Both the position numbers and the translations under genes were made by a program. From Anolis carolinensis (taxonomy: Eukaryota), in the NCBI RefSeq assembly GCF_035594765.1, contig NC_085843.1, positions 25,497,955-25,561,954 on the forward strand: a stretch of DNA of 64,000 nucleotides, in the 5' to 3' direction. Shown here one piece after another: positions 51,657 to 63,643 of the stretch. Numbering within the stretch: position 1 is the stretch's first letter; each line of letters begins with the position of its first letter. The notes under the pieces were generated by a model, which saw nothing but the letters and a program-made list of their open reading frames with translations, did not search any database and was not told the origin of the DNA.

Positions 51657-52397
51657 GTGAGTATTTATCAGTTTGTTTGACCATGCTTCGCTTTCTCTTC
51701 TTCTTTGGCATTGTTGTTTGGAAGGTGATGATTGGAAAGACTAGGCAAAAATTCTTTATTTCATACCTTCCAGGTCTGGTAACAGACACAGGTGATGAAA
51801 TCTCATCAAAATGCAGTCAGTGTGGAAAAACTTATTAATGAAGAAGAAAACACAAGCTGTGAAAGTGTACAAATAATGCCAATCTGGCATGCCATGAAAG
51901 GGTCGAAAATGGTGGGACACCTAATATTACTACATGTTTACTGTCAGGGAGCAAGAAACTGCTTACAGGATGTTTTGTCTTATAGGGTAATTTGACTGAC
52001 ATCTTGTTGTGTTGTCTCAGGCAGAAAAATGTATACAGCTGGTTCTGTTTTGTACCCAGAGGAAAAGGTCAAAAGAAAAGGCAGTTGGGGGGGGGGGGGG
52101 GAGAGACAAAGAGCATTTGCCCATATTTTGGCCCTGAAATAACCCATTTCAGACTTGAAAAGCAAGGAACACCAAGTCTGTCAAGTTCTGGGAGGATGTT
52201 CCCTGGGAGAACAGTTGGAGAAAGCCATTTTTCTAGTGAGGATCAAGTGATTTAGCCCAATTCTTAACACATGTAAAGTACTGACACATGGATGAAGGAA
52301 ATATTACCTCTTAGTTATTAAAACACTTCTGTATGATTTTTATTATAGTATCTCAAGATGGCATGCAGTATAAGCAAAACACTTCTAGATTAATAGC

Positions 52398-52433
<36 letters not shown>

Positions 52434-52467
52434 TATAATAATAATAATAATAATAAATAAATAAATA

Positions 52468-52556
52468 ATCACACAGTCCTAGACACTTGGGAAGTGTTCA
52501 ACTTGTGATTTTGTGATACAAAATCCAGCATATCTATCTTGTTTGCTGTGTCATAC

Positions 52557-52610
<54 letters not shown>
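52468..52610 (+). mobile_element. Probable R4/Dong LINE 3' end embedded in (AAT)n
   Basis: Short unique 3'-UTR-like segment with (AAT)n on both sides; family recalled from memory, and Dong elements are known to target TAA repeats. Confidence 0.5.
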
Positions 52611-52611
<1 letters not shown>

Positions 52612-52612
52612 T

Positions 52613-52835
52613 ATCTTGTCGAAGGCTTTCATGGCCGGGATCACAGGGTTGTTGTATGTTTTCCGGGCTGTATGGCCATGTTCTAGAAGTATTCTCTCCT
52701 GACGTTTCGCCCACATCTATGGCAGGCATCCTCAGAGGTCGTGAGGTATGGATGCCTGCCATAGATGTGGGCGAAACATCAGGAGAGAATACTTCTAGAA
52801 CATGGCCATACAGCCCAGAAAACATACAACAACCC
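52613..52835. mobile_element. Miniature Penelope insertion (inverted pLTR ends) with an intact hammerhead on the minus strand at 52698-52738
   Basis: TTGTCGAAGG...CAACAACCC ends; ~85-bp inverted arms. Confidence 0.88.
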
Positions 52836-53182
52836 AATAATTAAATCGATCTTTATTTATACCGCCCTATCTCCTTAAGGGACTCAGAGCAGTTTCCAAC
52901 ATAGCAAGAAACCATACAACAGCTTAAAACCATACAGCATAGTACAATAGTACAATAATGAACATAAATAAAACAAGACATACAAATCAATCAATTAACA
53001 CAGAATAAGGACTAATGTCAAAATACTTCATCAAGGGCCGAGATACAGAGGCCAGAGTTAATAAATAATTTAAAAGAGATATAAACACATACATTTTCAA
53101 TGTGTTGAAAAGGGAAAAAGGGAAAAAATAAAGCCCTCCAAATATTGTTGGAATGTGATCCCAGCCGCATAAGTAAGTAAGA

Positions 53183-53668
53183 TTTATTTATTTATTTATT
53201 TACAGTATTTATATTCCGCCCTTCTCACCCCGAAGGGGACTCAGGGCGGATCACATTATGTACATATAGGGCAAACATTCAATGCCCATAAAACACATCG
53301 AACCGAGACAGAGACAACAGACAGACAGACGCAGAGGCAATTTAACCTTTTCCTGAGGGGATGTTCGATTCTGGCCACAGGGGGGAGCAGCTGCTTCATC
53401 ATCCACTCTGATGGCACTTCCTCACTTCCTCATTCCAACGTTGTAAATTAGTTAAACTTGCCTCCCCACTTTTATAAGTGGTACCTTATTTCCTACTTGA
53501 TAGATGCAACTATCTTTCGGGTTGCTAGGTCAGCAACGAGCAGGGGCTATATTTTATTTTTAATTAACGGGTGCTCACCCCGCCATGGGCTGGCCTCGAA
53601 CTCATGACCTCATGGTCAGAGTGATTTATTGCAGTAGCTGTTTACCAGCCTGCGCCACAACCCGGCCT
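53183..53668 (-). mobile_element. tRNA-head SINE with an L2-type 3' stem-loop and (TAAA)n tail (Anolis SINE2-like)
   Basis: A/B-box-like head at ~53590-53668; tail resembles the L2 3' ends in this window. Confidence 0.7.
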
Positions 53669-53981
53669 AGATGTCTCATTTTACTTTGCTCTGGTAACAG
53701 ATATTTTAGGTAATATTACTGTCTTAATCTGTCTGAAGATATTATTTCTGTATGCGTTTGAATGATAGGCTGTGACCAACACTTAGTACATCAGCAAAAG
53801 CCTTCCCTTTGTCTCAGGCTTGGAACAGAACCTTCAGGTTCTTGAATGACCCTGAACTGGTGACCCTACAAGGGAATAAACCCCAATCCTGATGCAGTCC
53901 AATCTTCCTTCAAATATTGAGGCTCTAAACTGTTCAGAACTTAGATTTGTTTGTTTAGAATTCATTTGTTTTCTTTGGCAG

Positions 53982-54276
53982 ATGGGGAGCTTGGACGGCG
54001 ATTCAATATTGCCCCCAAGGCAATCTGGTCTCTTTCTCTTTGAAAATGGAAGGACTCCAAGGGAAGGATGACGATACGACAGCCAATAGCCTCCAGTGCA
54101 CCTGCGAAGATGGGACTGCACTTATTGGGCATGGAGGACCCTGGGGTCAGTTTGGCCCATGGAGCCCTCGCTGCTCTCATGGCTCCATCTGTGGAATCCA
54201 GACAAGGGTGGAGGATCCCCAAGGGAAGGGTGATGACACGTCCCTTAATGATGTGAAGTTCTTCTGCTGCAGCTAA
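53982..54276 (+). CDS. VMO1: VMO1-like paralog D, exon 3 (terminal); full protein 188 aa
   Basis: CAG| acceptor; [13 protein letters not shown]...[11 protein letters not shown]...[15 protein letters not shown]-stop; 295 bp. Confidence 0.93.
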
Positions 54277-55329
54277 ACCAGAGCCATTTCCCTACCAAGA
54301 ATTGGTCATCTTTTCATCAATATCGAGTGCTGTGAGAACCAGCAATGGTGTACTGACTTGGGTGTTGATCTTATGTGCTCGCCGATTGTTATGTGGCCAG
54401 CTTTGTCTGTCTTTGTTAGATGCTTTGTCAGTTATTTCTCTTATCTGTAATAATTTTCTAACCAAGATGTCCTAGCAATTCATAGAGGGGGTGCAACCCT
54501 TCAGAAATCTTAGTTTAAGCCATTCTGAGCTTTATAGAAATAGTTGTGCTTGGAAACGAACTGAAAACTATTGTAGCTATTTCAAGACTGTTGACAAGCC
54601 TTTGAATAATTTGTTAGAAAATAATTCACTGCCCTTAATTCATTAAAATGATCAACATCCATTTTTTTTACATTTTTATGTCAACTATGTGAAATTTTTA
54701 GAGTAGCAATTAATGTTTCACATTACTTCATTATGTTACTTCTGGGAGTAATTTGTTGATTAGGTTTTAGTTTTCAAAAATAATGTAATAAGTTTTCAAA
54801 TATAATGTAATAATGATTAAAATAAATTACATTTCTTTTTAAAATCCCTTAACATTTTAATAACAGCCAACACATTTAATTTTAACATTAATAACCAACA
54901 CATTTAATTTTCTTAATGAATTACGTTATAACTGTGAAGTAACAATTTGCATGGCTTTTGTACCCAACTTGGTTTCAAAATGTAAAAGTGCAGCCCTACT
55001 TAGAACAAATTAAAGTAATCTAAGCTTAAAATGATGAAAGCATGAATCACGCTGCCTTCAATAATAAGCATCTCACAACGGCAGATAATCTGAGACAACA
55101 TCAGATCCAGGAGCATTCCCAGGTTGTACACCAGATCTATCCAGAAAAAGGTTGAATTCTCAGTTCCCAAAAGGTTATATTGCCTACAAATTAAAATCAT
55201 ACATATTTTGTCTACACTGAACTTTTGTTGGTGTGACCATCTGTGACATCTCACTTTATCCAGACACTAATTCAAAACTGCTGCAGCCTCCTTGGAAGCA
55301 GAGAAATTGTGTGTGTCATAATACTTGTT

Positions 55330-55787
55330 TATTCATTCAGTAGCTTCATTGACCTCATGGACCAGCCCACGCCAGAGCTTCCTGTCAGCTGTTGCCATCT
55401 CCAGCTCCTTCAAGATCAAGCCAGTCACTTCAAGGATAACATCCATCCACCTTGCCCTTAGTCGGCCCCCCCTTCCTTTTTCCTTCCATTTTCCCCAGCA
55501 TCATAATCTTCTCCAAGCTTTCCTGTCTTCTCATTTTGTAGTCAAAGTACTTCATCTTTGCCTCCAATATCCTTCCCTCCAGTGAGCAGCCTGCCATTAT
55601 TTCCTGGAGGATGGACTGGTTGGATCTTCTTGGGGTCCAAGGCACTCTCAGGATTTTCCTCCAACACCACAGTTCAAAAGCGTCTATCTTCCTTCGCTCA
55701 GCCTTCCTTATGGTCCAGCTCTCACATCCATAGGTTACTACAGGGAATGCCATTGCTTTAACTATGCGGGCCTTTGTTGCCAGTGTC
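55330..55787 (-). mobile_element. BovB-like RTE 3' fragment
   Basis: YGCESWTIRKAERRKIDAFELWCWR. Confidence 0.88.
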
Positions 55788-56128
55788 ATAATAGTAGAGT
55801 GATAAAAACTAACAGCCAAATTCTGGATGGCTTCATCCTGTGGCTTTCTAGAGATGTTTAAATATATTTGAAGTTTTCTTATGTGTTTAGAAGTCACCAC
55901 CTTCAAGATATTTTCTGTGGTCCAGGGCTATATTACTATACTGTACAATGCCCCAATCCAGGGGAAATACATTCCTGAACATATCATGGAACCATGGATA
56001 ATAGTGAACTCTAATGAAATGAATGACTTCATCCTGGGGGGGGGGGGGAGGCTAGAAAATTCCTAGAGATGTATCCTTTCTAACAATTTGTTAGATTCTC
56101 CAGGGTAATTGTAGTATAAATGCCAACA

Positions 56129-56181
<53 letters not shown>

Positions 56182-56661
56182 CTTTATTTGTACCCCTCCA
56201 CTATCTCCCCAACGGGGACTTGGGGCGGCTTACATGGGGCCATGCCCAGAACAGTACAATATAGCAAAATATAAAAACAACATAAAATACAATTAAACAA
56301 TACAATAAATAATCATGTACAGTGCAACACAAAATCATATATATATATATAACAGAAGCATGCCATAGAACTGCATGAAAGACCTAGAACATTTTTGGAG
56401 GGACATCTTTTCTTGGATGAGGTTGTGAAACTCTGGGTAATAATTCCGTGGTATGGGGGATGTACTGTATAGCAAACTGATTAAAAATTACATTGCTTCC
56501 TAATGAGTTTTAACTTGGTTGTCATGTGTCTTGGATTCCTCTATAAGGAAAGAGTATATTACACTAAGAAACATTTTGAGAGAAGCAGCTTCCACCAGAA
56601 TGAGTAAGATCAACACCAACTGTTCTTATTATGGAAGGACAATGTTTGTTATTTCTAAAAA

Positions 56662-56989
56662 AGGTAAAAGTAAAGGTTTCCCCTGATGTTAAGTCCAGTC
56701 ATGACCAACTCTGGGGGTTGGTGCTCATCTCCATTTCTAAGCCAAAGAGCCAGCGTTGTCCATAGACACCTCCAGGTCATGTGGCCAGCATGACTGCATG
56801 GAGCGCCGTTAGCTTGCCGCCGGAGTGGTACCTACTGATCTACTCACATTTGCATGTTTTCGAACTGCTAGGTTGGCAGGAGCTGGGGCTAACAGAGGGC
56901 ACTCATTCCGCTTCCGGGATTTGAACCTGGGACCTTTTGGTCCACACGTTCAGCAGCTCAGCGCTTTGACTATGCCACCGGGGGGGCCC
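56662..56989 (-). mobile_element. Sauria SINE
   Basis: Full-length match to the 42680 copy with different flanks. Confidence 0.9.
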
Positions 56990-58209
56990 TTCTATAACTA
57001 ACTAATTAAAATTAATATACCACTTTTTAATATACCTTACTTTGAAATTTTGGCACAAGGAAAATTAATTAATGTGTTTTTCGTCCCTTGATCGTTTCTA
57101 AATTCTATAATTCTATAATTCACATTCTATAATAGCTAAGACTTAGCTTGCATGTAGGATTAACCTATATTTGGCACCTCTATTTAAAATGGAAATTAAA
57201 AGTTTTGTTATCTTGAACAAAAAGATGATATATTCCCATGGACCGTTTTAGCATGGGCACATCTCTGGGAAAATCTGAACTGTAATAATCATAGCCAAAA
57301 TATTAAATCCCATAATCAAAATATGATATACAATCTGAATTCCTAAAAGTGAAAGGGTCATATTTTTTGAAATATATTCACTTCAAATGTAAGTCATTCA
57401 GTGAAATGCCTCTATGTTAAACCACTCCAGCAGTTATACCCCATTGCTCCTCCTTTAATGTTTTTATACCCTGTCTCATATAACTGACTGATATGACAGA
57501 GTAAAGTAAATCAGATCAAGACACACACATTTCTTTGAGTTCCAGGTAGAGGTGCCAATAATGGGATAAGACTGATGTCAGAAGTTAGAACGTGATTCAG
57601 CAAAATGTTTCCATATTCCTTAATCAGCCTGCATGACTTTGTCTCCATGGATGTTTCTTTAATATTTTTATTTCCTTTCATCCCTGCACATGTAGTGTAA
57701 AGTATTTCACATCAACTGTCGCACCTGACACGGAAAAAAACCAGAGATACACACTTCACATTATTCAGTGTTGTTGTGTGCCTTCAATCTATGGTGACCA
57801 CAAGGCAAATGAGGTTTTCTTGGCAGGATTTGTTTAGAGAGGATATTCTATTGCCCTTCTCTGAGGCTGAGTGTGATTTGCCTAAGGTGACCCACTGGGT
57901 TTCCATGGTCAAGAGAATTTCACCCTCTCATCTCCAAAGATCTAATCTGTCACAGACTCTGTGTGGTGTATTCAAGACACCATCACATCTCCCATGCCAT
58001 GGGTTCATAGCCAAAGTTGAGAAATGAAAACAGTGAAAACATCTTGAGCTCTGCATGGGAAAGAGCCTGACAAGACAAACTGGCTCAGACTGGAAGACCT
58101 GGAGCTGTACAGAGGAAATTGAGTGGTGAGGCTTTGGGGGTTATTAAACAGAAAACTTGCCCACATTTCATTTTGCTGTATTAAATAAATTTCCAAGATT
58201 TCATTGTGA

Positions 58210-58725
58210 GTGATTCTTATCTGTCCGAACGTGTCTCCCGCTACGACCCACCTCGAAGCTTAAGATCGTCAGATGAGGCCCTGCTCGCGGTCCTGTCAGC
58301 CTCACAGATGCGGCTGGCAGGGACGAGAGACAGGGCCTTTTCAGTGGTGGCTCTCCGCCTATGGAACGCCCTCCCCATTGAAGTCAGGCAGGCTCCCTCC
58401 CTCCTGTCTTTCCGAAAGAGGACAAAAACGTGGTTATGGGACCAGGCATTTGAGCATGAGTAGCAGCAAAAATGAGATAAGAATATATGACCTACTGACA
58501 GACCGCACATGAACATGGAAAGCGCCTTAAATGTATATTTAAATGTATAATTATGTATATTTTAATGGATATTCTTAATTTTATTGTAATTTTTAATCTT
58601 GATGGATTTTTAAATTTGATGACAACTGTTTTTAATGTGTATGGTTATACTGTAAGCCGCCCTGAGTCCCCTGATGGGTGAGAAGGGCGGGGTAGAAGTG
58701 ATGTAATAAATAAATAAATAAATAA
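58210..58725 (+). mobile_element. L2 LINE 3' fragment
   Basis: RSLRSS...RDRAFSVVA.RLWNALP; 3' stem-loop plus (TAAA)n. Confidence 0.85.
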
Positions 58726-59174
58726 TTGCTAACTGCAATCATCACATTATCCAACATCCAGACCACTACACCATGCTGGCGCTCACAGTACTCAAGTAGT
58801 CCATAAAATGTTTCTTTATTGCATTTCAACTATAGGGAACATAAACAGAGAAGAGTAATTCAAATCAGCACAGAAACATATAGCTCATCCACACAATGTG
58901 CTTATATTGCTATTATTCCATTTAAACTATAATGGTTCCATCCTATGTTCTGGAGTGCTCTGGTGAAGAATTCTAAATATAGCTCCCTAATCTATCAGTC
59001 CCAAAATTCCATAGGATGGAACCATTTCAGTTAACATGGAGTAATGAAGTTATAAATCGGTAGAGTGGAATGGACCCATAGAGACATGTACACATTACCC
59101 AGGTAAATACAAATGAATGAATGATTAATTATTCATGGGAAGAGTAACAAGTCTTAGAAGAGAAGCACTTCACA

Positions 59175-59481
59175 TCATTCAGAAGAACAGCAGAAGAACT
59201 TCACATCATTAAGGGCCGTGTCATCACCTTTCCCTTGGGGATTCTCCACCCTTGTCTGGATTCCACAGATGGAGCCATAAGGATGAGGACAGCGAGGGCT
59301 CCATGGGCCAAACTGACCCCAGCCTTCTCCATGTCCAGTGAGTGGAGTCCCATCTTCACAGGTGAACTGGACATTGTTGGATGCCGTATCATCACCTTTT
59401 CCTTGGCTTCCTTCCACCCTCTGTGAGAAAGAGACCAGATTGCCTTTGGGGCAATACTGAATTCCTGTCCAATCTCCCCAC
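59175..59481 (-). CDS. VMO1: VMO1-like paralog E, exon 3 (terminal); full protein 190 aa
   Basis: CAG| acceptor; [13 protein letters not shown]...[17 protein letters not shown]-stop; 307 bp; candidate AATAAA at 58815-58820 (-). Confidence 0.93.
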
Positions 59482-59511
59482 CTGCCAGAGAAAACAAATG
59501 ACATTAGCTAG

Positions 59512-60456
59512 CAGCATACATGGAGCATACTAACCCCCTGTTACATCTGCTCCACTGGCTGCCAGTCTGCTACTGAGCACAATTCAAAGTGCTGGCTTTA
59601 GCGTATAAAGCCCTAAACGCTTCTGGCCCAGCTTACTTGTCCGAACATATCTCCCTCTATGATTCACCTCAGAAGTTAAGATAGTCAGGGGGAGGCCCTG
59701 CTCTTGATCCCACCTCCTTCGCAGGCGCAATTAGTAGGGACAAGAGACAGGGCCTTCTCAGTGGTGGCCCCCCATCTATTGAACTCCCTCCCTAATAAAA
59801 TCAGTTTGGCACCCTCCCTCCTGTCCTTTAGGAAAAAACTCAAAACATGGCTGTGGGACCAAGCGTTTGAGCAGTAGTGACAGCAATAATTAATGAGAAT
59901 GATTTATGTGACCAACAATGGACAGACTCTGGCCTATGACTTTGAACTGGTGTAATTTTTTAAATGATATTTTATAATGGATGATTTCAACTACAGCAGA
60001 GTCTCACTTATCCAACATTCGCTTATCCAACATTCTGGATTATCCAACACATTTTTGTAGTCAATGTTTTCAATACATTGTGATATTTTGGTGCTAAATT
60101 CGTAAATACAGTAATTACTACGTAGCATTACTGCATATTGAACTATTTTTTCTATCAAATTTGTTGTATAACATGATATTTTGGTGCTTAATTTGTAAAA
60201 TCATAACCCAATTTGAAGTTTAATAGGCTTCTCCTTAATCTCTCCTTATTATCCAACATATTTGCTTATCCAACGTTCTGCCGGCCCGTTTATGTTGGAT
60301 AAGTGAGACTCTACTGTAATTGTTTTAACTGTATTTGTTTTATTATTGTTATGGTCGGCATCTAATGGTTGCCAGTTGTGAAGCCGCCCTGAATCCCCCT
60401 CCGGGGATGAGAAGGACAGGATATAAATGTATGAAGTAATAAAAATAATAATAATA
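59512..60456 (+). mobile_element. L2 LINE 3' fragment starting ~30 bp from the exon 3 acceptor of E; interrupted by a MITE
   Basis: LHWLPV...FKVLALAYKALN motifs; L2 3' stem-loop. Confidence 0.85.
59994..60316. mobile_element. Tc1/mariner MITE, copy 4
   Basis: Same TIRs; TA TSD. Confidence 0.9.
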
Positions 60457-61301
60457 GCTCAAAATGTACCAGTCTTTATTGGTTATTAATAGTTTTCCAG
60501 TCCAATTTCAAGGTGCTGGTGACAAAATCCTATACAGTTTGGGACCTTGATCCTTGATACTTGAAAGAATATTGGCCTGCTTCAGGGCTGTGAACAATCC
60601 TCTGCACGGTCACCAATTTAGGATCTTTCAAGGCCTTAAAGTTTCCATTCAAATCCCAAGACAAAGGAAAGGTTTTTGCTGATGCCATTACACAAGATGT
60701 CAATTACAAGCAGTCTCCGAGTTACAAAAATCCAACTTAAAAATCTCTCATAGTTACAAATAAGTGTGAGGCAACAGGAAATGAGAGAAATCTACCCCTA
60801 GGAAGAGAAATTCACTTCTAAAAGAGTTATCATGGGGAAAAGGTGTCTCAATGAAGTTTTATCGCCAATCCTTGTTTTTACAACAATCCAAATTTTTCAA
60901 AATCCATTATCCCAGGGATAGAAAGTGAGGTGAAACAGGGGCTCAGACAGCAAAACAAACACCACAGCAGCGTTAACCCTTCCCTGTGCTGTCCAAAGAT
61001 AGAATATATGTATTTAATGTGTGTGTGTGTGTGTCCCAATTTCCTTCCTTTTCATGGCATGCCAGATCAGCATTCCTTACACACTTTCCTAGGTTGTGCT
61101 TCTCCTTCATTAATAACCTTTTCCACACTGACTACATTGTGATGTTGTTTGGTCACCTGTGTCCTTATTTTCATCTGTGAAATGTTGAAGGATATAAGAT
61201 AAAGTATTTTATCCTAAGCTTTCTGATCATCACTTTTCAAATGATAATGCCAAAAGGAAAGCAGAAGTGAAGCATAAGCAAACAAATTGATAAATACTCA
61301 C

Positions 61302-61396
61302 GGCCCAACTTTAGACTCTATTAATGTTCCATCAGTGCAATGTAGGCGTATGCCATTCAGGGCTGTGTCATCCCCTCGACCTTGGTGGCGTTCCAC
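61302..61396 (-). CDS. VMO1: VMO1-like paralog E, exon 2
   Basis: 95 bp; CAG| acceptor and |GTGAGT donor; [32 protein letters not shown]. Confidence 0.94.
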
Positions 61397-61789
61397 CTGG
61401 TGGATGAAAAGATAAAGAGAGTATTGTAAAACTGGGTAAATCTAGAATTGCATCACTGTGCAGATTTGTCCACATTCAGAAGTACTAAGTTGGACTGGGA
61501 CCAAGCTAGCCATGCACAATCTCACTGGAATGCATGTTAAAATGTGAAAGAAGATCTAGTTTTGGCTTAAGTCTAATTTAGCACTTTGGGTGATGGATTT
61601 TAGGGACCATTCTTTTCACCTGCAATAAGACAAAGGTGTTGAATTGGACCCAATGTCAAGTTCCTATCCTATGCCATGATTTGGAAACCAGAAGGTTTGT
61701 GCCTTCCATTGACAACCCTGGAAAATCTGAATGTAGCTATCAATTTGGGAGTTTCTGTGATTGATTTTGCAGCTTCATGGCTATTTAAG

Positions 61790-61992
61790 CTTGTTAATTG
61801 CAATATTCACACTTTCTTTAAAGAGACAAGGGTTCTTTCTTCCACCCTGGACATCCCATAGATATATATACAATCCACTTGCCTCATCTCCAACAGATCT
61901 CTGAAGATGCCAGCCACAGATGCAGAAGAAACATCAAAAGATAATGGTACCGGAACATGGCCATACAGCCCAAAAAACTCACAGCAATCTAG
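61790..61992 (+). mobile_element. Old Penelope pLTR remnant with a decayed hammerhead
   Basis: CTGAAGATGCCAGCCACAGATGCAGAAGAAACATC...GAACATGGCCATACAGCCC resembles the young pLTRs. Confidence 0.7.
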
Positions 61993-62356
61993 TGAATCAG
62001 CTAAGTTCCCCAAAGAGTCTCTAACAGCCACATTGAAGTTGCTTGGCAAGACAGGGACGAGAGAGATTGAGAGAGAGATTCCTGCCGTTTTCACAGAACT
62101 AGAGAAGATTAGATCCTCACATGTTGGAAGCCTGCCTACTAAGGTTAAGCATCTAATGTGGATTTGAAGCTACATATTTCCAGTTCTTGTCTGATATTCT
62201 AACCACTATGTCACAGTGCAACATGTGGAGTTGGCTTTTATTGAGTCAAACCAATTGGTCAACATCTCAAGTCCCATCAGGATTCTCAAGAGTTTGACTG
62301 AACCTGTATATTGAGCTTAACAAGGATGCCTGGGTACTGTCCTAGGGGTTTTTGTC

Positions 62357-63178
62357 TTCCAATTCAAAATGATCTTAACAGATTAGAAAGAGAGGCCAAA
62401 ACTAACAAAATGAAGTTCAACAGGGACAAATGCTAGATACTCCACTTAGGCAGAAAAAATGAAATGCAAAGATACAGAATGGGGGGACGCCTGGCTCGGC
62501 AGCAGTATGTGTGAAAAGGATCTTGGAGTTCTCGTGGACAACAAGTTAACATGAACCAACAATGTGATGTGACGGCAAAAAAAGCCAGTGGGATTTTGGC
62601 CCACATAACTAGGAGTATAGTGTCTAGATCATTGTGTCTAGATCATTGTGTCTAGATCCTTGATCAGACCACACCTGGAATACTGTGTCCAATTCTGGGC
62701 ATCACAGTTGAAGGGAGATGTTGACAAGCTGGAATGTGTCTAGAGGAGGGCAACTAAAATAATCAAGGGTCTAGAGAACAAGCCCTATGAGGAGCAGCTG
62801 AAAGAGCTGGGCATGTTTAACCTGCAGATGAGAAGGTTAAGAGGAGACATGATAGCCAGGTATAAATATGTGAGGGAAAGTCATTGGGAGGAGGGAGCAA
62901 GCTTGTTTTCTGCTGCCCTGAAGAATAATGGCTTCAAACTACAAGAAAGGAGATTCCACCTGAACATTAGAAATAACCTCCTAACCTTGAGAGCTGTTCA
63001 GCAGTGAAACTCTCTGCCCTGGAGTGTGGTGGAGGCTCCTTCTTGGGAAGCTTTTAAGCAGAGGCTGGATGGCTATCTGCCGGGCATGCTTTGAATGCAA
63101 TTTTCCTGCTTCTTGGCAGGGAGTTGGACTGGATGGCCCACTAGGTCTCTTCCAACTCCATGATTCTATAATTCTATA
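62357..63178 (+). mobile_element. CR1 LINE 3' fragment (intron 1 of paralog E)
   Basis: Collinear with ~27850-28690; ATTCTAT tail. Confidence 0.92.
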
Positions 63179-63184
63179 ATAGCC

Positions 63185-63387
63185 TGTTGACTTATGGCAA
63201 CACCATGAATTTCAAAGGGTTTTTTTTTGCAATGACTACTCAGTGGTGGTTTTGCCTGCTCCTTCCTCTGAAATATAGCTTACAGCACCTGATATTCTTT
63301 GACAGTTTCCTACTCAAGAAGTAACCAGTTAATCCTTATCAGCTTCCAAGATCAAATAGAATCTGGTGCCATTCAAATATTTAGGTT
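63185..63387 (-). mobile_element. Degenerate 5S-rRNA-derived SINE
   Basis: 63278-63387 resembles the reverse complement of 5S rRNA (TACAGCACCTG.TATTC...TAACCAG...AGCTTCC.AGATCA) joined to a non-5S body. Confidence 0.6.
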
Positions 63388-63643
63388 ATCTCACAAGTAA
63401 TCAGTTGCCTTAATCGACCACAATGTTGTTAGAAGCATCGCCCTCTCTTTCACAATTGCATGGGCTTACCCAGTACCAAAAGAGAACTGTGCCATTAAAA
63501 CAAACTTTCCGAACCTGGTGCTCTCCAGGGACCACAACACCCATTATGCCTTATTCACTGTCATGTTTGCTACGGTGGTTAAAGTGGTATTCTAAATTAT
63601 TGGGAGGCACAAGCACGGTGTATAAAAAGGAAAAGAAACTTAC

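Noticed and set aside
5091-55787. All five BovB-like copies lie on the minus strand
   Set aside because: Too few independent events to exceed chance
63278-63387. 5S rRNA gene
   Set aside because: Heavily diverged and fused to a SINE body; not a functional rRNA gene
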